From: an uncultured Actinomycetota bacterium
GTDB taxonomy: Bacteria > Actinomycetota > Actinomycetes > DATJPE01
Direction: 5' to 3'
Assembly (NCBI GenBank): GCA_963819985.1
Contig: CAWFYH010000004.1
Span: 323,246-387,245 of the forward strand
Length of the DNA: 64,000 bases
The notes under the pieces were generated by a model that saw nothing but the letters and a program-made list of their open reading frames with translations, did no database searches and had not been told where the DNA came from. Below are positions 48,520 to 60,350 of the stretch, piece by piece (position 1 is the first letter of the stretch; every line of letters begins with the position of its first letter). Both the position numbers and the translations under genes were made by a program.

Positions 48520-48540
48520 GTCATTAGCCTGGCTAATGAC
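48520..48540. promoter_or_regulatory. Perfect 21-bp palindrome GTCATTAGCC-T-GGCTAATGAC, a candidate MarR operator (it also overlaps the ndh stop)
   Basis: Seen in the sequence. 15 nt upstream of the marR start codon. Confidence 0.4.
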
Positions 48541-49883
48541 TAATCGGAATCGCTCTTGGGTGTCGACCCTGCCTCCGCGGCTTGGTGGAACTCCTCGAAC
48601 GGTTCGTGCATCCCCCACAGGGACACGATCTCGCGGCGGAAGAAGAAGGCCTGGTTCCAGTCGATGAGAACCTGGACCTTCCGAGCGAGGGTAGGCATCC
48701 GGCTCATGTGATAGGTGCGGTGCATGAACCAGGCGGGGAAGCCCTTGAGCTTGATGCCATAGACCTGGGCCACCCCCTTGTACAGACCGAGAGACGCCAC
48801 CGAGCCGACGTACTTGTGCTTGTAGTCCTCCAACGGGAATCCGCGGAGGGCGGCGATGATGTTGTCTGCCAGCGTCTTTGCCTGGCGTACGGCATGCTGC
48901 GCCGAAGGTGAGGTCCAGGTCCCCGGCTCAGCACTCAGGTCTGGGATCGCCCCCGCGTCGCCCGCTATCCACGCGTCGTCGAAGTCAGCGACCTGCAGCG
49001 TCGGTCGACCGAGTACTCGTCCCCCCATGAGGCGGAACCCGGTCTGAGCGACGAGTGGGTTTGCCTTGACTCCTGCCGTCCAGACGAGGGTCTCGGTGTC
49101 CATCTCCTGCCCCTCGGACAGCACGACGTGCCCACCCTCGACCGATTCGAGTCGCGTCTTGAGCAGGCAGGCGATCCCGCGGGCTTGGAGCTGTTTCAGC
49201 GCATAGATCCCCATGTCCGGCCCTACCTCGGGCAGGATCCGGTCCGAGGCCTCGACAAGCACCCAGCGCAGATCCGCGGGTTCGATCGTGCGGTAGTAGC
49301 GCGTGGCATAGCGCGACATGTCCTCGAGCTCACCCAGAGCCTCGATCCCTGCGTAGCCACCGCCGACGACCACGAAGGTGAGACTTCGTCGACGGATCGC
49401 CTCGTCGTGCGTGGACTCCGCAATGTCCATGCACTCGATGACGTGATTGCGCAGCTGGATCGCCTCTTCGACGGTCTTGAAGCCCGTCCCTTGCTCGGCG
49501 AGCCCAGGGATCGGGAGCGTCCGAGAAATCGATCCCGCGGCGATCACCACGTGTTCGTAGGTCACGTCATACGGTTCACCTTCCAACGGCGCCACAGTGG
49601 CCGTCTTGTTGGCGTGATCCACGGCGGTGACGTGACCGGTGATGATCTCGGCACCGTCGAGGACCCGGCGAAGCGGCACGACCACATGTCTTGGCTGGAT
49701 CGAGCCGGCGGCCGCCTCAGGGAGGAACGGCTGGTAGGTCATGTAGGACTTCGGGTCGACCACCGTCACGGTCGCCTCGTTGCGGCGCAGCTTCTTGAGC
49801 AAGCGCAGCGCGGTGTACATCCCGACATATCCCCCACCGATGATCAGGATGCGCGGTGGGTGCCGAGTAGCTCTGGTGATCAT
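48540..49883 (-). CDS. ndh: Type II NADH:quinone oxidoreductase (NDH-2)
   Basis: Two GxGxxG dinucleotide-binding motifs (IIGGGYVG, VVGGGYAG). 447 aa. Confidence 0.85.
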   Translation of the reverse strand: MITRATRHPPRILIIGGGYVGMYTALRLLKKLRRNEATVTVVDPKSYMTYQPFLPEAAAGSIQPRHVVVPLRRVLDGAEIITGHVTAVDHANKTATVAPLEGEPYDVTYEHVVIAAGSISRTLPIPGLAEQGTGFKTVEEAIQLRNHVIECMDIAESTHDEAIRRRSLTFVVVGGGYAGIEALGELEDMSRYATRYYRTIEPADLRWVLVEASDRILPEVGPDMGIYALKQLQARGIACLLKTRLESVEGGHVVLSEGQEMDTETLVWTAGVKANPLVAQTGFRLMGGRVLGRPTLQVADFDDAWIAGDAGAIPDLSAEPGTWTSPSAQHAVRQAKTLADNIIAALRGFPLEDYKHKYVGSVASLGLYKGVAQVYGIKLKGFPAWFMHRTYHMSRMPTLARKVQVLIDWNQAFFFRREIVSLWGMHEPFEEFHQAAEAGSTPKSDSD

Positions 49884-49927
49884 GACTCCACGTTAGATTG
49901 ACGGCGTCGTCGCGACCAGCGCAGCCG

Positions 49928-50716
49928 CTAGGCCCGCCCCGCGAGGACGACCGCGCGATCGAAGACATCGTCCAACATCGCCTCGGTGAGCCGACCGGTG
50001 AACGTGTTCTGCTGGCTCGGGTGAAAGCTGGCGACGAGCGTGAGGGCGCCCATCTCGAGCTCAGCAGCGTGACCGAAGCGTGGTCGCGGCGAGGGTACGG
50101 CCGTACCGGAACGCGCCAGTGCTGCCAACGCCGCAGTCCAAGCAAAGCCGCCAAGGGCGACGATCACCTTGAGAGAAGGCGCAACAAGCGCCAGCTCGCG
50201 GTCCAGCCACGGTGCACAGGTGTCGCGCTCCTTCGGAGAGGGCTTGTTGGCGGGGGGCGCACAACGGACCGCGGCGACCACCCGGGCGCCGATCAGCTGC
50301 AGCCCGTCGCCCGCCCAGACCGACTCTGGCTGGTTCGCCAAGCCCGCGCGGTGCATAGCGGCGAACAACCAGTCCCCGCTGCGATCTCCGGTGAAGACCC
50401 GCCCGGTCCGGTTGGCCCCATGAGCCGCCGGGGCCAGTCCGAGGACGAGGATCGTCGGCGCGGCAGCACCGAAACCGGGCGCCGGTCGGCCCCAGTAGTC
50501 CTGATCGGCGAAGGAAGCCCGCTTGGTCGCCGCGACACCCTCTCGCCAGGTCACCAACCTCGGGCAGGCCCGGCACACCGACTCGCGAGCCTCGAGCGCC
50601 CGCAAGTCACGCGCCGAGCCAGCCAGCCGAGCCACGTCTCCCGCGTCCCTGGCCACCGGGGTCCGGGCCGTAGCCGGATCGCCCGGCCACCCGCTTCCCG
50701 GCAGGGCAGCGCTCAT
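49928..50716 (-). CDS. Uracil-DNA glycosylase, family 4/5 (UdgB-like)
   Basis: CxxC Fe-S ligands (CRACPRL) and the GLAPAAHG motif. Start taken at ATG 50716, which abuts the ppx stop. Confidence 0.7.
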   Translation of the reverse strand: MSAALPGSGWPGDPATARTPVARDAGDVARLAGSARDLRALEARESVCRACPRLVTWREGVAATKRASFADQDYWGRPAPGFGAAAPTILVLGLAPAAHGANRTGRVFTGDRSGDWLFAAMHRAGLANQPESVWAGDGLQLIGARVVAAVRCAPPANKPSPKERDTCAPWLDRELALVAPSLKVIVALGGFAWTAALAALARSGTAVPSPRPRFGHAAELEMGALTLVASFHPSQQNTFTGRLTEAMLDDVFDRAVVLAGRA

Positions 50717-51660
50717 GCGACGCCGGCCACCGACCACGCAATCCCGTCGAGGATGTCGTGCTCGCTCACCAAGACGTCGGCGACACCGGCTACCGCAGCC
50801 AACCTGTCCAGAACGGCGTCGAGGACGAGAGCCCCGCCGCCGATGACGTCGACTCGTCCGGGGTGCATGACCGGCACGGCCGCCCGCTGCGCCCGCGTCA
50901 TGCCCAGAAGCCGACCGGTGACGGCGTGGACGTCAGCCCGGCTGATCCGGGAGTGATGGATCACCGCAGAGTCATAGCGTGTCAACCCGAGGGCGATCGC
51001 GGCCACCGTGGTCACCGAGCCGGCCAGGCCCACGAGCGTTCGGCAGCGCTCCAGAGGAACGCGGGACGCAGCCTCGTCAATCAACCCCTCGACATCCAGT
51101 CGCGCCGCCGCGATCTGCTCCGCGGTCGGAGGGTCAGCGCGCAAGTGCCGCTCGGTGAGCCGTACACAGCCCATGTTCACCGACCAGGCAGCGTCGGGCT
51201 CACCCGATCCGAGGACGAACTCCGTCGAGCCCCCGCCGATGTCGAGGATCAGGAAGGGACCAGGTTCGCGCCCAGCCAGCTCTCTCGCCGAACCCGCGAA
51301 CGACAGCCGAGCCTCATCGTCCCCCGAGACCACATCGGGTTCGACGCCCAGCCGCTGCTGAACCCCCGCCACGAATTCGCTGCGGTTGGTGGCATCCCGA
51401 GAAGCCGAGGTGGCCACGAACCGTAGACCATCGACGCCCAGCGACTCGATCGTGCGCGCGTATCGGTCGCAAGCGGCGAACGTTCGCTCCAACGCCAGCT
51501 CGGAGAGTCGTCCGGTCTGGTCCACTCCCTCTCCAAGCCGGACGATCTCCATCTGCCGGTGGACGTCATCGAGAGTCCCCGCGTCGAGGTCCACATCCGC
51601 GACCAGCAGCCGGATCGAGTTGGTTCCACAGTCGATGGCGGCAACGCGACGTTTCGTCAC
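50713..51660 (-). CDS. ppx: Ppx/GppA family exopolyphosphatase
   Basis: [13 protein letters not shown] and LDIGGGSTE actin-fold motifs. GTG start overlaps the upstream DUF501 stop. Confidence 0.8.
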   Translation of the reverse strand: MTKRRVAAIDCGTNSIRLLVADVDLDAGTLDDVHRQMEIVRLGEGVDQTGRLSELALERTFAACDRYARTIESLGVDGLRFVATSASRDATNRSEFVAGVQQRLGVEPDVVSGDDEARLSFAGSARELAGREPGPFLILDIGGGSTEFVLGSGEPDAAWSVNMGCVRLTERHLRADPPTAEQIAAARLDVEGLIDEAASRVPLERCRTLVGLAGSVTTVAAIALGLTRYDSAVIHHSRISRADVHAVTGRLLGMTRAQRAAVPVMHPGRVDVIGGGALVLDAVLDRLAAVAGVADVLVSEHDILDGIAWSVAGVA

Positions 51661-52169
51661 GTGCTGACCTCGGCGTCGACGCAGGGGCCGGCCGCCCACC
51701 AGTCGGGCAGCTCGGCGAGCGCTTCGTCCCCCAACGGGTTGCGGCCGGGGCCTTCGGCGAGTGCGTGGGCGACCAGGACGTGCAGGCACTTGACCCGATG
51801 CGGCATGCCGCCGGCCGAGACCCCCTCGATCTCAGGAACCACGCCCAGCGCCCGACGGCGGCCGAGATAGCTGAGGTGCGCCGAGCGGTACGACTCCGCG
51901 AGCTCGGGCTCGGCCGAGAGTCGGTCCTGCATGACCCGCATCGTCCCCCCGGCCTCGAGCGTTCCGATGGCCGCCGAAGCGCGCGGACACGTCAGGTAGA
52001 ACAAGGTCGGGAACGGGGTCCCGTCGGGCAGCCGTGGCAAGGTCTCGACCACGTCGGGGAGCCCACAGGGACACCGGTGAGCCACCCGATGCACGCCGCG
52101 CACGGGTCGCCCGAGCTGGGCGGTCACGGCGGCCAGATCGACCGCCGACACGGCTTCTGCCGGCTTCAT
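51657..52169 (-). CDS. DUF501 domain-containing protein
   Basis: 170 aa. Conserved position between ftsB and ppx, as in Rv1025. Confidence 0.75.
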   Translation of the reverse strand: MKPAEAVSAVDLAAVTAQLGRPVRGVHRVAHRCPCGLPDVVETLPRLPDGTPFPTLFYLTCPRASAAIGTLEAGGTMRVMQDRLSAEPELAESYRSAHLSYLGRRRALGVVPEIEGVSAGGMPHRVKCLHVLVAHALAEGPGRNPLGDEALAELPDWWAAGPCVDAEVST

Positions 52170-52196
52170 CGGAGATCAACAATCCTCGACACGGTG

Positions 52197-52742
52197 CTAT
52201 CCCGCATCGGCGGCTGCGCCCTCCACGGACTTCCAGAGCGTGGCGAACCACGGCGACTTGGCAGGTTCAACAGGTCGAGGTGCCAGCTGCGTGGCCTCTT
52301 CCCCGGGGCCGACCACGACATAAGCGGTTTCTCCCGGCCGTACGAAGTGCAGCCTTGCCCTGGCCTGAGACTCGACGTAGGCCCGGTCCTGCCAACGGTC
52401 CAGGGCCCCTTGGGTGTCCGAGATCCGCTGGAGCGTCGCCTGGTTCTCCGCGCGCAGTGCCGCCACTTCTCGCCTCTGGTCGAGCAGGGCTCGAGCGGGC
52501 CAGGCCAGCGTCACGGCAAGGGCAGCGACCACGATCAGCAGGATCGCTGCCCGACCTGTCAGGTGCGGACGAACGGTCTTCGCACGCTCACCGACCGCGG
52601 ACTCACCATTCTTCCGGGCACCACCGGTCGGGTTTGCGCCCTGGCGGGGAGTGGTTGTCCGACGAGTGGTCGTCGGGCTTGACGAGCGGCCGGTTGGACG
52701 CGCCGCAGGACGCCGTCCCGCGCGTACATCACCTCCGGCCAT
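52197..52742 (-). CDS. Septum formation initiator family protein (FtsB/DivIC-like)
   Basis: Single TM segment followed by a coiled coil (LRAENQATLQRISD...). The real start is probably downstream of the track ATG, because the N-terminus is R/P/T-rich. Confidence 0.7.
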   Translation of the reverse strand: MAGGDVRAGRRPAARPTGRSSSPTTTRRTTTPRQGANPTGGARKNGESAVGERAKTVRPHLTGRAAILLIVVAALAVTLAWPARALLDQRREVAALRAENQATLQRISDTQGALDRWQDRAYVESQARARLHFVRPGETAYVVVGPGEEATQLAPRPVEPAKSPWFATLWKSVEGAAADAG

Positions 52743-52760
52743 GAGACGAGGATGCCTGGC

Positions 52761-54131
<1,371 letters not shown>

Positions 54132-54143
54132 TCAAGTGAACGC

Positions 54144-54848
54144 CTAGGTTTCGAGCGAGCGCACCGCAGCCGCGTAGCGCCTAGCGCTGGCTCGAAGAGC
54201 TGCCTCAGCGTCGAGCCCGTCGCGGCGCGCCCGGTCCACGAGCAGCAACAGCACGTCCCCCAGCTCGTCGGGAGTCAGAACAGAGCCCTCATCCAGCAGA
54301 TCTGCGAACGAAACCGCTGGTAGTGGCACAGACACTCCGGCTCGTTGTGCTCGACTCATCAGTTTGGCGGCCAGTGCGAGGGCCGGCTGGGCCAGCGGCA
54401 CGCCGTCCACGGCAGACATACGCCCCTTCTCGACCCGCTTGAGCGCTTCCCAGGAAGCCTCGACCGCGGCGGCGTCCTCAGCGTCACCGTCGGCGAAGAC
54501 GTGCGGGTGCCTGGAGATCAGCTTGCTGACGATTCCGGCGGCCACGTCATCGATGTCCCACGGGTCCTCCTGGTCTTCGGCTGCCACGCGCGCGTGGAAC
54601 ACCACCTGGAGGAGCACGTCGCCGAGCTCTTCGCGCAGCGACGTACGGTCACCGGACTCGACGGCCTCGACGGCCTCATAGGCCTCTTCGAGCAGGTAGG
54701 GCACGAGCGACGCATGGGTCTGCTGGGCGTCCCACGGGCATCCACCGGGCGAACGCAGCCGGTCCATGACGGCAACCAGCTCGAGGAGGCGGGCACCGAC
54801 GACCCTTTGCCCCGGCTGACCGTCCGCAGCGAAGCCGGCGTCGTCCAT
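54144..54848 (-). CDS. mazG: MazG family nucleoside-triphosphate pyrophosphohydrolase
   Basis: EExxE motifs (LLEEAYEAVEAV, LREELGDVLLQV). Confidence 0.85.
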   Translation of the reverse strand: MDDAGFAADGQPGQRVVGARLLELVAVMDRLRSPGGCPWDAQQTHASLVPYLLEEAYEAVEAVESGDRTSLREELGDVLLQVVFHARVAAEDQEDPWDIDDVAAGIVSKLISRHPHVFADGDAEDAAAVEASWEALKRVEKGRMSAVDGVPLAQPALALAAKLMSRAQRAGVSVPLPAVSFADLLDEGSVLTPDELGDVLLLLVDRARRDGLDAEAALRASARRYAAAVRSLET

Positions 54849-54856
54849 CCGTTGGC

Positions 54857-55534
54857 TCAGTTGCCGCCGTCGGATGGTGGCTGGTCGCTCGACGAGGGCG
54901 CCGGCGCACCCGCTGGACGGGACAGATCATCCAGATCCTCAGCAATGGCGGCCTGCGCCGGGTCCCACGCCCCATAGCGGGGATTCACCGTCACCCCGAG
55001 CTGGGCAGCTGTCTGGGCGACCCGAGCGCGGGCGGCGGCAGCCTGGGCCGCGGTGTCAGTGCCGGGGACAAGTTTCTGTCCGAGTTTTTGGCTGAGCAAG
55101 AAGTCCTTGGCGAAGGCGTTGAGCTCTGTGGGCGGAACCCCGAGCTGGGCGGCGACCGTGGCTGCCAGGACCTCCGCCGGCTGGCCGCCGGCTGCCTGCA
55201 GCAGCAACGCGTCCACCTCGGCCTGGGTGACGACGATGCCTTCCTCGGCGCAGGTCCGTTCGAGGACGACAGAGTTGATCAGGCGGTTGGTGTTCTCGCG
55301 CAGGAAGGTCGACGTGTTGAGCGCGTTCTCCGGTGTGTCCGGGAGCGTGGCCGCTGCCTGCTCGGCCTCCGCCGCTGCCTGGTTGACGTGGTTCTCGGTG
55401 ATGCGGGTCTGACCGACGATGGCGGCCGCTCCCGCCTGGGCCGGGGTGCACGCAGTAAGAACGAGCGTGGACAACGCGACGAGCCCAAGGGTCGCCGAGG
55501 TGACGGCTGGCCCGCGACGAGCGGCTCTGGTCAT
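54857..55534 (-). CDS. Lipoprotein (LpqU-like)
   Basis: Signal peptide with lipobox LVLTAC. Conserved position between mfd and mazG. Confidence 0.6.
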   Translation of the reverse strand: MTRAARRGPAVTSATLGLVALSTLVLTACTPAQAGAAAIVGQTRITENHVNQAAAEAEQAAATLPDTPENALNTSTFLRENTNRLINSVVLERTCAEEGIVVTQAEVDALLLQAAGGQPAEVLAATVAAQLGVPPTELNAFAKDFLLSQKLGQKLVPGTDTAAQAAAARARVAQTAAQLGVTVNPRYGAWDPAQAAIAEDLDDLSRPAGAPAPSSSDQPPSDGGN

Positions 55535-58500
55535 GCTGATCCCTTCGGCTGAACAGGCTCCCGGTCTGGTGCTCCGAGCTGGCTGGCGGGGAGTACGGCT
55601 TCGACGAACTCGCGCGCCCAGGCGAGCAGCTCGGTGTCCGCAAGCGGGGTGCCGCCGACGCGGGCCGTGCGTGGACGCGGTACGAGGATCGTACGTATCG
55701 CAGCCTTGATGATGCTCCCCGGGTACAGCCTGGCCAGGCGAACACGCGCGGAGTCGGGCAGCTCAACAGGAGCGAAACGCACATTGGCACCCTGCACGGT
55801 CACCTCGGTGAGGCCGGCCTCTCGCGCCCGGGCCCGGAATCGAGCGACCTCGAGCAGGGTCTCGACGGGAGTCGGAAGAGGCCCGTAACGGTCGACGAGC
55901 TCTTCCCGGACGCCCGTCGCGTCGGCGTCAGTGATGATCTCGGCAATCCGCCGGTAGGCCTCAAGCCGCAGGCGCTCCCCGGGGACGTACGCGTGCGGGA
56001 TATGAGCATCGAGCGGGAGCTCGACGCGTACGTCCGCTGGCTCTTCGGCGGCGTCGCCTCGGTAGGCAGCGACGGCTTCTCCCACCAGCCGGATGTAGAG
56101 GTCGAACCCCACGTCGGCGATGTGCCCGGACTGTTCGCCGCCCAACAAGTTGCCTGCGCCACGGATCTCCAGATCCTTCATCGCGACCGCCATGCCAGCG
56201 CCGAGGTCGGTGTTTGCGGCGATGGTCGAGAGCCGGTCGTGCGCGAGCTCGGTTAGTGGCTTCTCAGGCGGGTAGAGGAAATAGGCGTACGCGCGTTCAC
56301 GAGCGCGACCGACCCGCCCTCGCAGCTGATGCAGCTGTGAGAGCCCGAAGACATCGGCTCGCTCGACGATCAAGGTGTTGGCATTGGCGATGTCGATGCC
56401 GGACTCGACGATCGTCGTGCAGACCAGGACGTCGAACTCCTTGTCCCAGAAACCGATGATCACCTGCTCGAGCTCGTGCTCGTTCATCTGGCCGTGCGCG
56501 ATCCGGATCCGCGCCTCAGGCACCAGATCACGCAGGTGAGCGGCGGCGCGGTCGATCGAATCGACCCGATTGTGGATGTAGAAGACCTGCCCCTCCCGCA
56601 GCAGTTCCCGACGGATCGCCGCGGTGATCTGGCGCTCGTCGTAGGCGCCGACGAAGGTCAGCACCGGGTGTCGCTCCTCGGGCGGCGTGGTGATGGTCGA
56701 CATCTCTCGAATGCCCGTCACCGCCATCTCTAGAGTGCGCGGGATCGGGGTCGCCGACATGGTGAGCACATCAACGTGGGTGCGCAACGCCTTGAGGTGC
56801 TCTTTGTGCTCCACGCCGAAACGCTGCTCCTCGTCGACGATCACCAGCCCCAAGTCCTTGAACCGGATGCCAGTCGTGAGCAGACGATGGGTGCCGATGG
56901 CAATGTCCACGGTGCCCTGCGCGAGACCGTCAATCACGGCCTTGGCCTCGCTATCGGTCTGGAACCTGGACAACCCCGCGACGTTGATCGGGAAGTTCGC
57001 GTAGCGCTCGCCAAAGGTCGAAAGGTGTTGCTGGACAAGCAGGGTCGTAGGCACCAGCACAGCCACCTGCTTGCCGTCCTGGACCGCCTTGAAAGCTGCC
57101 CGAACCGCGATCTCGGTCTTCCCGTAGCCCACGTCTCCACAGACCACCCGATCCATCGGGATCGGCCGCTCCATATCGGCCTTGACCTCGTCGATCGTGG
57201 AGAGCTGGTCGGTCGTCTCGACGTAGGGAAAGGCGTCCTCGAGCTCACGCTGCCAAGGCGTGTCCGGGCCGAACGCGTAGCCAGGAGCGGCCATGCGCGC
57301 GCTGTAGAGGCGGATCAGCTCGCCCGCGATCTCCTTGACGGCCCTCCGGGCACGGCCCTTGGCCTTGGCCCAGTCGGCTCCACCAAGGCGGTGAAGCGCC
57401 GGAGCCTCCCCGCCGACATATCGCGTCACCTGGTCCAAGGCGTCCGAGGGCACGTACAACCGGTCTCCGGGCTGCCCACGTTTGGCGGGGGCGTACTCGA
57501 TGACGAGGTATTCGCGAGTGGCCCCCTGCACGGTGCGTTGCATCATCTCGACATATCGCCCGACGCCGTGCTGTTCGTGCACCACCAGGTCGCCGGCGCG
57601 CAGCTGCAGAGGATCCACCTGCTGCCGTCGACGAGACGGCATCCGCCGCATGTCCTTGGTGGAGGACCGCTGACCGACGAGATCGGTCTCGGTCAGCACC
57701 GCGATCTTGAGCTGCTCGTGGACGAAGCCGTGCTCGAGCCCACCGGTCGCCACGTGCACCAGACCCGCGTCCGGGGCGGCGTCGAGGCTCGGGGCGAGAC
57801 GTGCCGGGATGTCGGCCTCAGCCAGCCGTTCAACAAGTCGCTGCGCAGGTCCGTGCCCCTCGGTGACCAGAACAACCCGCCAACCGTCGGCCAGCCATCG
57901 GCGGGCATCGCCCAGCGCGCGCGCTGTATCCCCTCGATAAGACGGCGCAGCCTGGAAGCCGGAGATCAACGTGCTGGCGTCCACCGGTTCGGCGGCCTCG
58001 ATCAGTTCGGCATCGACCGCGAACGACGTCAACGACCACCAAGGGATGCCGGACGCGAGAGCGTGGGACCTGACATCGGCGAGGGTCCGGAACGAGGCGG
58101 CACCGAGGTCGAGAGGGGCAGCTGCGCCACCGGCCGCACTCGCCCAGGACGCGGCCAGGAACTCCTCGCTGGTCGCAACCAGGTCCGCTGCCCGGGCTCG
58201 CACCCGCTCTGGGTCACAGACGACAACATGCGCGCCGGCGGGAAACTGATCGACGAGCAGCTCGAGGTCGTCCACGAGCACCGGGGCGAGGGACTCCATA
58301 CCCTCCACGGCGATCCCCTCGGACAGTTTCCCGAGCACGTCACTCAGGGCCGGGTGGGTCTGGAGGAGCTGGCCCGCGCGCGCACGTACGCCTTCGGTGA
58401 GCAGCAGCTCACGGCATGGAGGAGCCCACAGGCCGTTGGGTGCGACCTCGAGGCTGCGCTGGTCGGCGACCTTGAACCATCGGACCTCTTCGACGGTGTC

Positions 58501-59142
58501 GCCCCAGAACTCGACCCGAAGAGGGTGTTCCTCGGTCGGCGGGAAGACGTCGAGGATCCCGCCGCGGACCGCGAACTCGCCGCGCTTCTCCACCAGGTCG
58601 ACTCGGGTGTAGGCAGCCTCAGCCAGCTGGCGGACACATTCCTCCAGGGGTCGTTCCTCGCCTGGGCGCAGGACCACCGGCACCAGATCTGCCAGGCCAG
58701 GGACCAACGGCTGCAGCAGCGAACGCACTGGAGCCACGACGACGCGAAGCGGTCCCGCCGCGGGGTCGGCCGGGTCGGGGTGGGCCAGGCGGCGGAGAAC
58801 CGCCAGCCGGCGACCGACCGTGTCCGAGCGCGGTGAGAGTCGTTCGTGCGGCAGGGTCTCCCACGCTGGAAAGTCGGCCACGCTTCCGCTCGGGAGCAGA
58901 CCGGTGAGGGCCGTCACGGCGTCTTCTGCTTCCCTTCCGGTCGCAGTCACCAGCAGGACCGGACGCCCCGCTCCTGTTCCGGGGTCGGCGGCCAGCAGGC
59001 CGGCGGCGAAGGGGCGCAGCGCCTCGGGAGCCGTGATCTCAGAGCTTGGAGCTTCCGCGTCGGGCCACGCCTGCGCCGCGGTCCGCCAACCAGCCAGGGC
59101 CGCATCTGTCCCGACGAGTTCGAGCAGGCCGGCCAGGCTCAC
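55531..59142 (-). CDS. mfd: Transcription-repair coupling factor Mfd
   Basis: 1203 aa. UvrB-homology N-terminal domain, Walker [14 protein letters not shown]-box region DEEQRFG, and the TRG motif. Confidence 0.95.
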   Translation of the reverse strand: MSLAGLLELVGTDAALAGWRTAAQAWPDAEAPSSEITAPEALRPFAAGLLAADPGTGAGRPVLLVTATGREAEDAVTALTGLLPSGSVADFPAWETLPHERLSPRSDTVGRRLAVLRRLAHPDPADPAAGPLRVVVAPVRSLLQPLVPGLADLVPVVLRPGEERPLEECVRQLAEAAYTRVDLVEKRGEFAVRGGILDVFPPTEEHPLRVEFWGDTVEEVRWFKVADQRSLEVAPNGLWAPPCRELLLTEGVRARAGQLLQTHPALSDVLGKLSEGIAVEGMESLAPVLVDDLELLVDQFPAGAHVVVCDPERVRARAADLVATSEEFLAASWASAAGGAAAPLDLGAASFRTLADVRSHALASGIPWWSLTSFAVDAELIEAAEPVDASTLISGFQAAPSYRGDTARALGDARRWLADGWRVVLVTEGHGPAQRLVERLAEADIPARLAPSLDAAPDAGLVHVATGGLEHGFVHEQLKIAVLTETDLVGQRSSTKDMRRMPSRRRQQVDPLQLRAGDLVVHEQHGVGRYVEMMQRTVQGATREYLVIEYAPAKRGQPGDRLYVPSDALDQVTRYVGGEAPALHRLGGADWAKAKGRARRAVKEIAGELIRLYSARMAAPGYAFGPDTPWQRELEDAFPYVETTDQLSTIDEVKADMERPIPMDRVVCGDVGYGKTEIAVRAAFKAVQDGKQVAVLVPTTLLVQQHLSTFGERYANFPINVAGLSRFQTDSEAKAVIDGLAQGTVDIAIGTHRLLTTGIRFKDLGLVIVDEEQRFGVEHKEHLKALRTHVDVLTMSATPIPRTLEMAVTGIREMSTITTPPEERHPVLTFVGAYDERQITAAIRRELLREGQVFYIHNRVDSIDRAAAHLRDLVPEARIRIAHGQMNEHELEQVIIGFWDKEFDVLVCTTIVESGIDIANANTLIVERADVFGLSQLHQLRGRVGRARERAYAYFLYPPEKPLTELAHDRLSTIAANTDLGAGMAVAMKDLEIRGAGNLLGGEQSGHIADVGFDLYIRLVGEAVAAYRGDAAEEPADVRVELPLDAHIPHAYVPGERLRLEAYRRIAEIITDADATGVREELVDRYGPLPTPVETLLEVARFRARAREAGLTEVTVQGANVRFAPVELPDSARVRLARLYPGSIIKAAIRTILVPRPRTARVGGTPLADTELLAWAREFVEAVLPASQLGAPDREPVQPKGSA

Positions 59143-59315
59143 GGTCAGGAATCTCCAGCATCTGGTGGGTTCTACGGCGTGATCAGGGCGTGCGGAAGGC
59201 CGTCCTGCAACTGGTAGCCGGACGGTCGATCCCAGACTAGGCGGTGCAGGGGACGTACTGGACCGGGTCCATCCGCTACCCTATTTCCTACTTAATCAGT
59301 CAGAAAGGTCTGACA

Positions 59316-60350
59316 ATGGACTGGTTCAACCCCGCCCTCGCCCTCGCGGGTTTGTTCGTGGGCATCATCGTCGGGCTGACCGGCATGGGTGGCGGCGCCC
59401 TGATGACTCCCGTCCTGGTGTTCTTCTTCAAGGTCGACCCGCTCACCGCGGTGTCTAGCGACCTGGTCGCCAGTCTGTTCATGAAGCCGGTCGGCGCCTT
59501 CGTCCACCTGCGGCGCGGAACCGTCAATCTCGAGCTCGTGAAGTGGCTGTGCATGGGGTCGGTGCCCGCAGCCTTCTGCGGGGTCTTCGTCCTACGCTGG
59601 ATCGGCGACGGCGAGGACCTGGCAGTGATCGTCAAGAAGACCCTCGGCGCAGCGTTGCTCCTGGCCTCCGCTGGGCTCGTGGTGCGCGCCTGGATGGTGC
59701 TCGTCGAGAAGTCCAGTCTGGCTGGAGAAGGCCCGTCGGGTCAGGTCAAGACGCCTGAGATGCACGTACGTCCGCTGCCGACGCTGCTGCTTGGCGCCAT
59801 GGCAGGCCTGATCGTCGGCATGACCTCGGTCGGCGCGGGCTCCATCGTCATCGTCATCTTGCTCTTCCTCTACCCAGCGCTAAAGGCTTCGCAACTCGTC
59901 GGAACAGACCTGACCCAGGCGATCCCGATGGTGGCTGCAGCCTCGTTGGGCCACATCCTTTTCGGTGACTTCGAGCTTGCCTTGACCGGCACGATCCTGA
60001 TCGGCGCCGTCCCCGGTGTCTACATCGGAGCGAGGCTGTCGTCGCAAGCTCCAGGCGGCCTGGTGCGACGCGCGCTTGCGATCGTGCTGCTCGCCTCCGG
60101 GCTCAAGCTCCTCGGAGCCAGCAACGTGACCATTCTCGCCGCTGTGGTCGCCGCCCTGGTGTTCGGCAACCTCGCCTGGATCGTCATCCGCTCGCAGTAC
60201 GCCAAGCGGCGCCGAGCTCTTCGGGCAGCCGCACCCGCACAGCAGGACGCGACAGGGGAGACTGAGACGGTGACCGCTCGTACGAACAATTCCGGCTCAC
60301 CCCCCGCCGTCGAGCCGCCCGACCAGGCGAGTGCCGGAGACCGGACGTGA
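59316..60350 (+). CDS. TauE/SafE family sulfite / sulfo-compound exporter
   Basis: Eight TMS. GxxxG-rich repeats. ATG at 59316 after GAAAGG. Preceded by a lower-GC promoter region. Confidence 0.8.
   Translation: MDWFNPALALAGLFVGIIVGLTGMGGGALMTPVLVFFFKVDPLTAVSSDLVASLFMKPVGAFVHLRRGTVNLELVKWLCMGSVPAAFCGVFVLRWIGDGEDLAVIVKKTLGAALLLASAGLVVRAWMVLVEKSSLAGEGPSGQVKTPEMHVRPLPTLLLGAMAGLIVGMTSVGAGSIVIVILLFLYPALKASQLVGTDLTQAIPMVAAASLGHILFGDFELALTGTILIGAVPGVYIGARLSSQAPGGLVRRALAIVLLASGLKLLGASNVTILAAVVAALVFGNLAWIVIRSQYAKRRRALRAAAPAQQDATGETETVTARTNNSGSPPAVEPPDQASAGDRT

Noticed and set aside
52197-52742. Calling the first 60 codons of the ftsB-like gene as coding
   Set aside because: Not rejected outright. 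The N-terminus is R/P/T-rich, so the true start is probably downstream. I kept the track coordinates and lowered the confidence.
56776-58836. 686-aa plus-strand ORF
   Set aside because: Antisense to mfd, which is unambiguous.
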